A stretch of 33,048 nt of DNA, from assembly GCA_010015805.1 (NCBI GenBank), contig ML978121.1:4030001-4063048 (forward strand). Direction: 5' to 3'. The notes under the pieces were generated by a model. That model was not told where the DNA came from. It searched no databases and saw only the letters and a program-made list of their open reading frames with translations. Source of the stretch: Rhizodiscina lignyota. Taxonomy: Eukaryota. Every line of letters begins with the position of its first letter. Position 1 is the stretch's first letter. The translations under genes and the position numbers were made by a program. Shown here in pieces: positions 12,163 through 24,851 of the stretch.

Positions 12163-14594
12163 ATGGCTCCTCTTTGGAAGAGGCCTTTGCTTGCCTCTCT
12201 TCTTCTGCTCTCCACCGTGGTGTTCCTTTATCTCGCTATTCTCCAGATTGACCCTGCTTTCATAAGCCAGGGTCAAGCGCTTCGTTCTAAACTACTCGAT
12301 GACCCGGAACTCCAAAGCCTTGTTACCGCCCATCCGGATGATGTTGCGAAGAACTTGGATCGCGTGCTCCCTCATATTGTCCAAAACATGGACATGGAGT
12401 TCATCGTATATATCTTGCAAAAGATTGCTGATTCCGGCATGGAGTTGGATCCCAACACGATAGACGCCAACGATCTCAAAGAACTCATGAAGATCATGCT
12501 ACAAAAGCCGACCGGTAAGTTGCTTATTCAGGGTTCTCGCGCGGTACTGATGCGCCCGCCTCAACCAGGGGAAAGCAGCACGACCAAGGGCAAAAACCCG
12601 ATAATGAAGGTCGTGGCTGATGTTTTCCGAATTGCACATGCTTCTAAGCAGGACCCGCGTACAATGGACGGAGGAGCTATTTGTCAGTTCATAGACGACT
12701 CCATAGACCGGAAGACTCTCGAAGCCGCATGTAAGTTTACCGCTCAGACTTGCATGTTCCGTACTGATAGAGCTGGTACTTTGCAGTACGAGCCATGCAG
12801 ACAAGCCACAGTCATGACGAGCTGAAGAAGAGATACACTGAGCGTGAGTTGCCTTTTCACTGCTGTTTGAGTCGAGACTGATAATGTTCCAGCCACCATT
12901 CCTTCCTCCGTTACCGCGAATGCGACTTTCGCTACTGTGTCCTCCACTTCCTCGACGACATCGACGAGCACAGCTGCGAGATACACTCCAGGCGGCGATT
13001 ATGGTGCATTCCTCATGGGTTCCAGGCCCATATCGACCGTCAGCGTTGTCTCTGGATACTCGAGGGCGACACCTTCTGACCCACCACCATCAGGCTCTTC
13101 CAACACTAGTTCGAAGAACTACAGCCAAGTTTCATACACTGGCTCACTCTGCGCTGCTCCATCGATCACTTACAACACCAAGGCCGGTCTAACCCTTCCA
13201 CAAGTCAACTTTGTCAATGAACTGGGCCCCAGCACAAACGATCCAACCGATCAGTACATTGAGACTGGACCGTATGATTTGATCACACTCGACAAGAGTC
13301 TCCTCGTGCCAGGAGTCAATAGCCATCTCACGACTGACTATCCATTGTCGCCCGACACTGGCATTCTCGAGGTCACACCTCAAAATCGTGTCAACCTGAC
13401 GGATCTGCAGTACAAGCCACACATCTCCCGTGATGGCGGCAAAGGGGGCTATCTCAACTGTCAGCGGCTTTTTGTCTTCTGTGACACTGGCAGCTACGGT
13501 CCGGCAACGGACTCTCAGCCTGGCGACTTTCATGGTTTCGTCTCTAGCTCGGTCGCTATCGACAAAAATCAGCATGCAAAGTACGGCCAGCCGCTCACTC
13601 TTCAGGACGACATTGGAGAATGGGCAGACGATGTCGGCCGCATGAGAGGATTCGCTCCCTTGACCGGTGGAGAGCAAGTCTACAACCTCAACATGCAGGG
13701 CAACGGCTACCGTTATGCAGTTTGGCCAGAGTCTTCTCTAATCCCGTACAACGCAAGCCATGCTGTCATGTACGCAAATGTCGTATATGACGTGGTCGAC
13801 AAGTCTAAGGGCAACAACTGGGTCTTTACGTACACCGGAAATACTCTACTTTTAGTCTCTATTCCCGGCGAAGGTGGTCCAAGAGCTGACAGGCTGGTGA
13901 ACAAGATTTTCGATCAGAATGAGGTCGCTTGGGGCGGAATTGGAGGTATCAGATCTTGGGGTTCATCTGGCCCAGGTGGCAATGATGGAAAGGTCTACTT
14001 GTTTGGCAATGTTGTCGGTGGACTGTTGTTGGCAAGAGTTGATGCCGATGACATTACGAACCGCGGTTCGGTAAGTCAATCTGATGAGTTGCAACTTTCA
14101 AACTTGATGACGATCTCAAGTATGAATACTGGACGGGATCCAGCTGGAGTCCCGACATGCCTTCTACAAAGTCGACCGCATACTTCATCACCGGAGAGTT
14201 TCTGTCCGCTGATCTCTTCTACTCACCATACCATCTCTCCTTCATTTTCGTCTACTTGACTCCGTGGGCCGACAACACGTTCTACTATCGCTTCCTCAAT
14301 GTCTCCGAGCCCATTGTGCCTTCATACGACACTCGCAACTACGTTGACATTCTCGAACAGCTTGTCGACAGCAAGAATGAATGGAGCAATGAGACTGTCC
14401 TCTACAAGGCTCAACCTGGACCAACGGGTCGGTACATCTATGGCGGCGGACCACAGTTGGGATACTTTGATGAGGATGATGTCACGAATGGTGGCACGAA
14501 CATGTTGTTGACCTGGAGCGTTCCGACGGGTGGTGATCCTGCATTGCCGGCTGGAGAATACCAGTTGAACTCTGCTGTTGTGGACTGGAAGTGA
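12163..14594 (+). CDS. Secreted or membrane-anchored DUF4185-like beta-propeller protein; probable introns 12515-12568, 12731-12786, 12844-12892, 14071-14120
   Basis: N-terminal hydrophobic segment, dibasic KKR, S/T-rich linker, then 'SRDGG..G..N..RLFVFCDT' and 'VYLFG...LLLARV...SYEYWTGSSW'. Confidence 0.7.
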
Positions 14595-14882
14595 GTATGC
14601 TGATGAGGATTTCAAGGTGACACCAGCTCATATCGCAAAAGGATGAAAGGGGATGGGACGAAGATGGTTTTCAGTTTCTTTTTGATTTGCGGTTGTTTGT
14701 GTTTTTCGACTTTGCATGTTTTGTAGTTGCGGTGCGTCTGATCTCTTCTCTGCTGCTTTTTGTACATTCTGTTTGATAGCACACTGCCGGTAGTATATCC
14801 GAACAGATTTCGGGAATCGAAGTGCAATTGAGGATGTCTTTCTTTCTCTCTCAGCTCAAACCCTTTTCGCTTTCTAAACCCA

Positions 14883-15996
14883 TTAAACGCGTCCTGCAAC
14901 TAACTGTCGTCGAATCTCCAAACCGCCCTTGTGCGTATACACTCCCTTCAAGTCACCAACCGAACGTCTCAAGATCCATTCCTCACTCGTCATCTCCGGC
15001 TCCGACTTCTCCTCCCTCGGCTGCTTGTCAATAATCCCTCCTTCGATTCGCTTCAAAACCACAGTGTCTTCCGGCCGCGAGAAAAATACTAAACTGTTCC
15101 TCGTGATTCCGTCTTGGGGCGCAGGCGGTGGGGTGACTCGGTGCACGTTGCTGCGGAGAATGCCTGCCGTGAACTTGACAAGCGCGTCGCCCAGATTTAC
15201 CACTGCTGATCCTGGCACTGGCTTCACGTACACCCAGTCTTCGGTGTCCGGCAGTCGGATCTGCAGGCCTCCGAGCCAGTTGAATAGGATGGTCAGGGTG
15301 CCAAAGTCGGTGTGCTCGCCTTGCTTCGCCGCCTCTTCGGTGAATGGTGCCGGCGCGTGCTGGTGGAAACGCACATGGTCGCCAGATCGGTGGTTGATAC
15401 GGTGCAACTTCGCGAGCGTGCCGATTGGCAGCTGCAGATGGACTTCGAGATGCGTGATCATCAGGTCGATGGCCGCACGGCAGTTGCGCGCATATGACTC
15501 TAGCAGATCGTGGTTCTTGGTCACTAACGGATGCATGGGAAGTGGTGGGTTGTTGCGAACGAGGTCATCTTTGCGCAGCTGGTAGACTGTTAGCGGACAT
15601 CTTCGCTTTCGTTGAACACGGATGAGAATTCACATTATACGTCTCGTTCCTCTTCGGCCTACCATCCTCCCACGTCTCCTTCAGAGTGCCGTGGCGATAT
15701 CCGAAGAACGGATCGATCTTCTCGCGCGCAAATTGTTCCTTTTCTTCGTTCGGCCTCGAAAAGAATTCTTTCTGCAAAGCCAGAAGCTTCTCCGCGCCGT
15801 CGACAAGCTTCTCGCCCAATTCGGAGCCCTCCATGCTCAGGTAGAAGAATCCGAGGTTCTGCGCAGCTTCGAAGAAAGCGCTTGATTCGGCGGCATCGCT
15901 GGCTTCGAGTTTGGCGAGCGAGATGGAGACAAGAGGGGCGGTGGGGACGGTAGTGGAGAAGGGGGGATATTGGTCGTGGGATGTTTTGATTGGCAT
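14883..15996 (-). CDS. 2-oxoglutarate/Fe(II) dioxygenase (DIOX_N + 2OG-FeII_Oxy); exons 15996-15634, 15578-14883
   Basis: 'LGFFYL', HxD motif 'EHTDFGTLT', 'VVNLGD', distal His 'VHRV', RxS 'RNS'. Confidence 0.92.
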
Positions 15997-16747
15997 GATG
16001 AAGGATATGGAGGAGTAAATTGAAGTCAATTAGGAATACAAAATGCGCTAAAAAGGGTGTATTTATTGTACTATCCTGCTCTTAACTTGCTTACGAAGTT
16101 TCGACGCTCTTTGGCGTTTATGTATGTACGGAGTGCTGCCCGATTATCGTAAGTTGTTCGTGTGATTCACCGGACGACGTCAGCGTTTAAGTTGAGGGTT
16201 GCCGCAATTCCTACGGGCAGTAATAGACCGAGGTTGACTGTATCGCGAAGACATTGGATGAAGTGCAGGATCGCGGTTGAAGACTTGCCGTGATACCCGC
16301 ATATTCTGACTTTGGAGTGAACCATCGACAAAACAACTCGCAATATCTGTGGTTATAATGTCGCGCGGGAATTTTTGAGCTATTCGAGTTGTATATTAAA
16401 GCTGGACTGTCAACTTCTATCATGAATCTGAATTGCGACAAGCCGTCGGCGCCTCGCCTCTCGCTTTCTGGAGACTATGCTGGCAGATGAAGGTTGAAGA
16501 AAGAATAAATCAAGGAAGTAAAAGCAAAAACCGACCAAACGAAATCTTCTAATCCTGCTATGCTAATGGGAAAGATTTACTCATGAAGTATGATTGAGGT
16601 GCCTGCTAACATTGCAAATCTTTCGCATGACGGTTCAATCTTCCACCTTTGCGAACTTGCCTGATCAGAAACTCATCAACGCACACACGAGAACACTATA
16701 CACGTCACAAGCATCAATTTTCAACTTTCATGATATTGAGCCACACC

Positions 16748-17716
16748 TCAAGCTTCAAATTCCCACGTATTTTCCTTCACCCACTCCTCAAGTGTGGTGG
16801 GTTTGGTTCCGGCGTACTTGGGGACGTTCTCTTTGGACCTCATATATGCATCCTGGAACCAGTCGCCGGAGCGCCCTTCACTTTCTTCCTCTGCCCTCCT
16901 CTTGTATATAGCAATTAGCTGGGGCACTACCAAAGCTGGCATGCCCATTTCCTTCTCAATCACCTCCAGCGCCTCTTTTTCATCCATCTCTGTGATCTTC
17001 AGATTCTTGCCAAGCACTCTTCCAATGATTCCCCACATATCCCTTTGCGAGATCATCTCCGGCCCGCAGAGATTCACGGAATTCGGTTCGTCCACGCTTT
17101 CGTCGACTTCCACTCCTCCAGCAAGGAAGGCGGCAGCGACTCGTCCCATGTCTGTGGGTGTGATGTTGTCGAATTTTGCTTGCGGATACACAAGCTTGAC
17201 CTCTCCTCTCTCAGCAATCATCTTCTTCCACCACAGCGCATTGTTCGCAAAGTACGCCGGTCTAATCGCGACAAAGTTGCCGTGGCCAAATACATCGTCC
17301 AGTGCGATCTCCACCTGTGCATGAACCCAGGGGATATGGTTGTCGTGTTGAATGCTCCGAAGGTCTCCCTTGACAGAAACACTGCTTAAGAAGACGACAT
17401 ATTCAATTCCGGCCGATTTGAGTGCCTCGATGCTGGATCTCATGTTATCAGTGCTGCCGTGTATCAAGTAAATGAAAGCACGTTTCGCTCCGCTTGTTCC
17501 CACGACGGAATGAATGGATTCGGGGTTGCGGAGATCGGCCTGGATCCTTTCGAAATCGCGTTCCTTTTCTTGCTCGCGGCTGAGACCTGGGATAGGCTTT
17601 TGAGGATCTCGCATTGCGAGAAAGACTTTGTTGTTGCCATAGTTGTGGATGCTGCGAGTAACTGCAGAGCCAACGTGGCCTGTTGGGCCGAAAATGATCA
17701 GATTCTCACCGCTCAT
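16748..17716 (-). CDS. NmrA-like / atypical SDR NAD(P)-binding oxidoreductase
   Basis: N-terminal Rossmann motif 'IIFGPTGHVG', 'VVFLSS', 'IRPAYF..N'. Intronless; first ATG at 17716. Confidence 0.88.
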   Translation of the reverse strand: MSGENLIIFGPTGHVGSAVTRSIHNYGNNKVFLAMRDPQKPIPGLSREQEKERDFERIQADLRNPESIHSVVGTSGAKRAFIYLIHGSTDNMRSSIEALKSAGIEYVVFLSSVSVKGDLRSIQHDNHIPWVHAQVEIALDDVFGHGNFVAIRPAYFANNALWWKKMIAERGEVKLVYPQAKFDNITPTDMGRVAAAFLAGGVEVDESVDEPNSVNLCGPEMISQRDMWGIIGRVLGKNLKITEMDEKEALEVIEKEMGMPALVVPQLIAIYKRRAEEESEGRSGDWFQDAYMRSKENVPKYAGTKPTTLEEWVKENTWEFEA

Positions 17717-18147
17717 GATGCTGCTTTTCTGGTTCACTTCAGCTATTCGATTGAAGCCCTTAAGTATCTCGCGGGATAGCTTGAGTTCGGTCCGATGAAT
17801 TCAGTCCGTAGGGTTAACTTGAACTCCGATCTTAGCGGTGCAACCAGACGTCTGCATATGCGGCCGCTCGACTCCTCGATTTGATTTGCCCGGCTTTGTC
17901 ATCAAGTTTCTTGCGCGAATTGTCTAAACCATAAGAAGTAATCTGATATGTGAAAATAATGGTTTGGATGTCTTCGGGGGAACCCGAGAAGAACTGTGCC
18001 TCTGCTTATTGGCACACTGCTCAAATAGGCAAGGCGTAGGAAGGTGTATCGTCGCACCGCGCCAGTTCTCGCACCGAACAGACCAATCAGATTAGCTTTC
18101 CGAAACTGAAGGTCAATGGCTGCATTGTGATGAGATGGTTATTCTAC

Positions 18148-19636
18148 TTAGCCCCAGACATCCTCCTGCCATAGCCTTCTCCTCTTGAATCCTTCAAACC
18201 ATTCTCTGACCTCATCTTCTTTCCAGCCTTTGCCGGTTGCCATTGCATCGCAGACCGCCTTGCCCACTTCCCTCGCCATGGCCGCTCTCCCACACACATA
18301 CACATTTGCACCTTCGTCTATCAGTCTCAGCACTTGCTCAGCCTCCTGTCTCACCCGATCCTGCACGTATACATGATCAACTCTGGAGAAAGCGGTCACG
18401 ATCGAGAGCTTTGCCTTTCCACCGAGATCAGTCTGCGCCCGCCCAAAAGTCTCTCGGTAGATGTAATCTTCGTCAGGCCTTCGACATCCAAAGAACAGAA
18501 GCATGTCGCCGACTGGTCGTCCCATGCCTGCGAAACGCGCACGCTCCATCACAAACGCGCGGAAGGGAGCAATACCGGTGCCAGCAGCAATCATGACAAG
18601 CGGTGTCATCCCTTGTGTGGGAAGCTTGAACTTGGATCGACGGATTTGAGCGAAGACTTTCAGATTACCATCGTAATCTCCATGTTGGCTGTAAATTTCG
18701 TAAGTAGGCCAGTTGGTGGAGGGCAGCCTTTGCGATGTAGCATTTTCCTTTGCTTTCTGAATTGCGTGCAGATAGTGCGATGTGATGCCCTTGATGATCG
18801 TATCAGGCGCGGCGAGAAGAGGCTTCCTGTCTACGATCGCGGTGATTGAAGGATGTCGTGGCGAGATTACTGATGACGACGAGATGGAATAGTACCGGGG
18901 CTGCATACATGGAATTGATTCGATGACCAGCGAGAGTGGAAGATCTGACCAGGTTGCCTCGGGATCGGAGCTTACTGCAAGCTGGAGAACTCGGCCGAAC
19001 ATGAGATGATTTCTGGAGATGAAGTCTGCAAATGCCGTTTTGTCTTGACAGAGAGTTTCGAGAAGAGCTTTTGCTGATTGAGATGGTGCATATGGTGCAA
19101 GACTTCGAAGGGTATCACGTGAGACTGGCGCGCAAATCTCGACGTGATGCTTGAACACCGCTTCGATCGTCGTGGTAGCCGGTATCTTGATTTTGACTGA
19201 AGGGTCCAAAGACTGAATCGTAATCGTCTCATTACGCTTGTTAGATAAGCTCAGAATGCAAAGAAGTGTCTCAACTTCAATGTCAGGGTTGATCGGCCAG
19301 ATCGCAACGTGGTCGCCAGTCTTGTAGCGCATCTCCGAATGGTCTATGAGATCAAGATCCATATGAATGCAGTTTCTCGAAGACTTGAATATTTCGTGAG
19401 AGCCTTTGACCGGTATGTGTTCGACTGCTGAATTTCCGTTCACATGTTTCAAGGATCCGGTATATGGTTTCGCCAAAGATACGCCTTTTTCGACAGGTGA
19501 TCCACCGAGCACCACAGAGATTGTCGGTTCGTATTGCACTGTCCGTTCCTCGAAATGTAATTGTTGACGGAAGAAAGTAAAAAGATCGTCCCTCCAGGTC
19601 ATGAAGTCTTCCTCTGTTCCACCTTCCGCATCATCG
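18148..19636 (-). pseudogene. 5'-truncated NADPH-cytochrome P450 reductase (FAD and NADPH domains only; membrane anchor and most of the FMN domain absent)
   Basis: Begins at 'DDAEGGTEEDF' (end of the flavodoxin domain). Contains 'YKTGDH', 'QPRYYSISSS', 'GTGIAPFR', 'LFFGCR', 'YVCG' and terminal 'EDVWG'. Sequence directly upstream is unrelated. Confidence 0.88.
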
Positions 19637-19639
19637 GGA

Positions 19640-20845
19640 TGCCATATCCGAAAGCAACATATCCCGGCCAAGTTGTTGCCGTGTAATTCCCCGTGTAAGA
19701 GTCTCCATGGATGACGACCCTATTGACACCGCCGGAGACTGCTCGATTTATCGAGAACAGCAAGTCAGGAAGGGTGAACTGGAAAGCCAACCCAAAGACT
19801 GCCCCAAGCTCAACGGACACGATGTTTCGGCCGGCTAGGTAGGCGGTGCCGGAGAACTGTCTATACGAATCGACATTGTCGCGGAACTGGAGGCTTTCGC
19901 ATTCTGGTACGTCATCATAAGGAATCGATGCCTCCATGTCCATTGGGAGATTGTAGGATACTTGAGAGGAGTGGAGAAGGCCGAGATAGGAGTGTGACCA
20001 ATTTACGAGTGCTGTCAGGTATTCCTGATACCCATTCGCAAGGGCGATTCGATAGTCATTGACATAGCCCATGCCTCAGTCTTCGGTATCGAGAACGGCT
20101 TGAATGGCACCGGGAGTACCCCTCTGAAGGTTGATGTTGTTGTTGCCGAAAGTGATTAATGGCAAGTACGGCTTTATGCTGTACCCCAGCAGTTTCTGGA
20201 ACCTCAACGGCATCGACGCCGACCATGAGGTATTTGACAGGAGCTCCATGCTATCCTCCCAACCTTCATGCTCGAGTCAGCATAGTAGGATGGAATGGGT
20301 CGCTAAGCGGCCTTGCTGCTGTAGCCCACTTCACTGAGCAGCTCCTTCACTCCATCGGCGAGAATGTAGCGCTCCCAGAAGTTCGTCGTAGTCAAAGCAC
20401 CCCGAGCATCGAAGTGGTCAACAGTGAAAGAGCCATTGTCAAATATAGTCTTTGGATTGGTCTTAGGAGCAATGATGTTGTGGTTGTAAGTATGGATTTG
20501 ATAAAAGGCAAACAGTCTGTACGAGCCTGAATCGCTACTTTGGGGAAGCTGGTACGAGAGCGTGCCAGTAGTTTTCGAGACGTGCTTGGAGAGATCCGTC
20601 AAAGTGTCGTGCTTCAATACCAATCTCAAGTACGAAGGGCCTCCCGCGGAAGTCGTGGTGTTTGTCTCGGACAAGACGAGGGCCGATACAACAGAAATGA
20701 GCCCGCCGGTGCCCCACCCAGGCAAAGACTCCTTGAAAGCTCCATCAGGTGGTACCGGTGCCGAGAATGGAATCTATGTCTGACTTAGCTTCAGTAGCAA
20801 GTGAGACTACAAGATAGAGATATTAAACAATATGCTTACCAGATC
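19640..20845 (-). pseudogene. Internal fragment of a GH106 (alpha-L-rhamnosidase-like) gene; introns 20774-20839 and ~20264-20316; premature TGA at 20078-20076
   Basis: 'NGSFTVDHF', 'WEDSME', 'GYVNDYR', 'YNLPMDM', 'PECESL', 'ELGA', 'GVNRVVIHG..Y...TTWPG'. No N-terminus or start codon and no C-terminus. Confidence 0.8.
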
Positions 20846-21028
20846 ATGAAGTTCCTTCCCTTTATACTAGCAGTTTACAGTCACGCTAAAGGGTATCTCG
20901 GAGATGACCTAGAACCTGCTGCTTATCCCGAGAAATCGGATATATCGGACGGAAATACATGTTTTGATGTTGTATTATGCAGATGTGTCTGGCTGGTCCG
21001 GCAACCTCCCGGAGGTCCTGCACTTTCT

Positions 21029-21039
21029 CGGAACTTCCG
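21029..21039. promoter_or_regulatory. Candidate Zn2Cys6 site CGGAACTTCCG (upstream of the reductase locus)
   Basis: CGG-N5-CCG, the exact reverse complement of the site at 22626. TATAAA on - at 20866-20861. Confidence 0.55.
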
Positions 21040-21391
21040 CCTGCCGTTATGCACGGAGTTACAGTTTACTCATCACATGGACATATCAAACGCCATTCCG
21101 ATGCCAAGATCTATGGTGGGAAGGTCTCTCTCAAGCCTAATGTGCTAATTTATAAATTGCTGTATACGTACGAAGAGAACGATACCGCCACATGGAAGTT
21201 GAGCAGTCTTCATTTGTTTTCTAGAGGTTGGTGTTGCCTTCCCAAGCTCGATCAATACGGTGGACGGCTAATATGGTCTGCTACTAAGTGAGGTATACTC
21301 GGCTCATTGGCAAAAGACAGAAGCATTATGAAGAGGAGCAACATTCTCTCTTAACACGAAGTACAGCCACTGGTTGCCTACGGAACAGTAC

Positions 21392-22328
21392 CTATGACTT
21401 GCTCCCGGACCTATCATACATAGTAGTCCTTCCCTCCATGACAGCAAGCCACGATGGTTCGGCCATCGCCTTCTTACTATATTCCTTTAAGGATTGTGGA
21501 ACGATCAAGCCCCGATCCACGTCCGTCAGACGTGCGATCATAACCACCAGATGGGCGTCAAGCTCGGTGGGGCGCTTTTGGCCGAAGAGCCAGGGGCCGG
21601 AGTTGGGGTCCAGTAGACTTGCTGCCTCGTCCAAATAAGATTTTGCTTTGTCTATCTCTGCTTGCGTCTTCTCTGGCTCTAGAGCCTTGACCTTGTCGCG
21701 TTGCAGACTGTCGTTCCGTGCCAACGTCTTAGCACTGAAATCCGATATAGAGCGGTAGGGGGAGCATCTTACATTTCCAATTTGTACTCTAGTGCCTTCC
21801 TGTACCTCTTGCTGATGGTCTTATCCGCGAGACGACTTAATGCCGCGTCGGCGAAACCGGATGCCAGTTTTGGGCTGCCTTTGAAAGACAATGTGAAGAA
21901 GTTCATCTCATGCATCTTATGAACCATCTCGTGGATCTTAGCCGCGTGTTCCGCAGGTAGGAGCTCGGGGTATCTGGCCGCGATGTATTCCGAGATGGAG
22001 GTTGTCTGTGACATCGGAAACTCGAAGGCGACGTCGCTCCCAAGTACCGGGACCTAGTAGCCGTGGCCAGTTAGCATGAGATCGATAGCTCGGTAGTCGT
22101 TGGTTGGCTTACCTGTCCGTTCGGATTCACCTCGCAGAGATACCATTCCGAAAACTGCTCTTCCTTAAAGATGTTGATCTCTTTGAGGCCGATGTCCATG
22201 CGGGAGGCCTCATCCTTTGGCTGCCCTCGGATATCGACTAGCCATCGCATCATGATGGAGCATATGGAATAGCGGTTGTAATAAAGGGTGTAGGGAACAC
22301 CATTTGGGTAACTAGTGTTGGTCGCCAT
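21392..22328 (-). CDS. Glutathione S-transferase-like protein; exons 22328-22113, 22053-21773, 21707-21392
   Basis: 'YSICS', 'VNPNGQVPVL', 'SQTTSISEYIA', C-terminal 'WLFG...PTELDAHL'. Canonical introns preserve frame. Confidence 0.88.
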
Positions 22329-22625
22329 TTTCCTTTCGTTAAAAGTAGAGGATTGGTTTAATGGTGAGAACAAGTAGGAAGAGGAAGAAGAAGCAATCCA
22401 GGAGTTATAAGTATCAGCACTTTTTTCGAGACTTCTTAGTAATTTCTTACCAAACCTTAGATGATGCTAAATCAAGACCTTGGCCTGCGCGCGCGTTGGG
22501 CACCAGCTGGATTGCAGATACACCTGCCGCATTCTTCTCGCCTCAATCTATGCAGCATTGTATCTGCATGCTTGGTGGTCTTCGGAACTATCCCGTGACA
22601 GACAGAGCTCATCCACTGCAAGGTT

Positions 22626-22636
22626 CGGAAGTTCCG
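22626..22636. promoter_or_regulatory. Candidate Zn2Cys6 site CGGAAGTTCCG in the divergent GST/P450 promoter
   Basis: Lies within the inverted repeat TTCGGAA-G-TTCCGAA (22624-22638). Confidence 0.55.
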
Positions 22637-23200
22637 AAGGTTGCATCCGCTTCTATAAGCGATCACCAAACATTATGCATTGCGACAGCGACCTTGCGGA
22701 TACTTCTCTACTTAGGGCCACAAGTGGAAACTAGTAGCCCTAGAATTGTAATCATTATCGTCACGGACTCCCTTTACGAGGTGACTAAACCGCAGCAGGC
22801 TCTGGAAGCGGCCCATTGCTTGGTTACGACTCCTCGCCGGACTGATACCAAAATGCAAAGTATACTGCTGAACCAAAATGACAAGTACCTGCCACCTGGT
22901 CTCGACAGGCCGACACGGCTCGGAACGAGGTTCTTTAAACCGAAAGCTACCTGATATATTGCGAGGAGCTAGGATTCATTTAGAAAGTCAGACTATACTA
23001 GTGGGGTATTTACAATGGTGACGAAAGGGTAGGCGGAAGAGATTCCGTGCAAAGGTCTCGTAAAAGTTTATTCTTATACAGCTATTAAAAATGCTATATG
23101 CAGAATCTGTATATCCTCGCGTTACGTCGACAGACCAGAGTACCTTCTCTTCAAGTTACGACGTCCCAGTTGAGATTGATGACTTAGCCGCCCAGCAAAA

Positions 23201-24851
23201 ATGGCATTACTATCAATCTATACCGCTCAACTACTAATCGTTGCCTGGTTGCTGTCCAGAGCTTTCTTCAACCCCCTGGGTCAAATTCCTGGGCCGTTTT
23301 GGGCCAAGCTCACTCATCTATGGAAAGCCTATCACATGTATAAGCGTGACTTGCCCCAGGCGATTCTAAAAGCGCACGAGAAGTACGGCCCCGTCATCCG
23401 AATTGGTCCCAACGATGTCAACTTCCAATCACGCGATGCCATCGACCCTATCTACAAGGCTGGTAGGTCTATGCCAAAGACCATCTTCTACGATGCATTC
23501 ACAGCGATCCAACCTAATCTCTTCAGTACTCGGGATGAAGCTGTAAGTGACAGTCTTGATATTGTTTTGCTTTTTTGTAGACTATCTAACCCTCCTTGTC
23601 TAGTTCCACACTGTACGACGGCGGCAGATGGCACACTCCTTCTCCACTGCGACCGTCTTAAAGTTCGAGTCAACGTTTAACAAGCACCTAGATCGACTGT
23701 TCCACAATGTCGAACAGAGCGTGGGAAAGACCTTTGACATGAAAGAATTTGCATCATGCTACGCGTACGACGTCATTGGGGAGCTGGCCTTCGACAAGGA
23801 TCTCAACACACAGCAGCACCCTTCAAGGGACAACCTGCCCCCAATTCCCGACCACATTCTGCTCGGGTCTCTGTACGGCTTGGTGCCATCTATGATGCCC
23901 TACAGCATGAAAATCGGGAATAGACTGCCGATTCCCGGGCTGCAGAAGCTTCTCGCCTCACGGCGTCAGCTCAGCGCCCAGGCGGCTAATTGGGTCAAGA
24001 CGTCCATTGAGAAACACTCGGAGGGCGATCGCGGGAGCCTACTGGCTAGTATACTAGAGGCGAGGGATCCAGACACCGGAGCTCGCTTGACGGCGGAGGA
24101 GATCTGCTCCGAAGCCTTTGCTTTTTTGTAAGAAATTGCAAGCTTTCGAAAGTGGCATATGCGTTGCCTTTGGCTAATAAGGAGTCCACAACAGAATCGC
24201 AGGAGCGCACACCACCTCTGCCACAGTAGGGTTTCTCTTTTACCACCTCATGCACAATCACGACGCCGCCAAGAAGCTCGCGGCCGAGCTGTCCGATAAC
24301 TTGCCGTTATACCAGGAAGGCGGCAACATGGTGTTGTATGCTGGCATCGAGAGCAAGTTACCCTACACCATGTCGTGTATTAAAGAGAACTTCCGTATTA
24401 GTGCCGTCTTCAACATGCCAATGCCACGTTTGGTAACGGATCCCAAGGGCGTCGAAATCTGCGGACGGCACATACCTCAGGGGGTAAGTTTGACACTTGG
24501 CTTGAACGAGAGGACTATGGCAGTAACGAATAACAGACAAGCGTATCAATGCTGAGTCATGCACTGCATCACGATCCTCGCTTTTGGGGGAGTGATCACG
24601 ACAAGTTTATCCCAGAGAGATGGTTGGAGGGCAACATCTCTTTCAACGAGGTTATGCCCTTTGGGGTCGGCCATAGGGCTTGTATCGGAAGGAATATTGC
24701 CAGTATCAATCTTTTGAAGGTCTTGTCTACCTTGTGGCGCAACTTTGAGTTCCTACCGCAGAATCAAGAGGAGATATTGGAGATGGAAAGTGTAGGCGTC
24801 GGCGAGAAGAAGGGACCACTCTTGTGCATGGTGCGGAAGAGGGAGAAATAA
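23201..24851 (+). CDS. Cytochrome P450 monooxygenase; exons 23201-23542, 23604-24127, 24195-24483, 24537-24851
   Basis: N-terminal anchor plus IPGP, I-helix 'IAGAHTT', ExxR 'ENFR', 'PERW', heme motif 'PFGVGHRACIG'. Confidence 0.95.

Noticed and set aside
14929..15585. Long antisense ORFs (also 854-1435, 8961-9467, 16794-17324)
   Set aside because: They are shadows of well-supported genes on the opposite strand.
19599..19671. GH106-CPR in-frame fusion protein, or a CPR starting at 19671
   Set aside because: The junction is out of frame, the 19671 start is TTG within GH106 sequence, and GH106 has an upstream stop.
22361..22954. 197-aa ORF between GST and P450
   Set aside because: Occupies the divergent promoter and shows no recognisable protein features.
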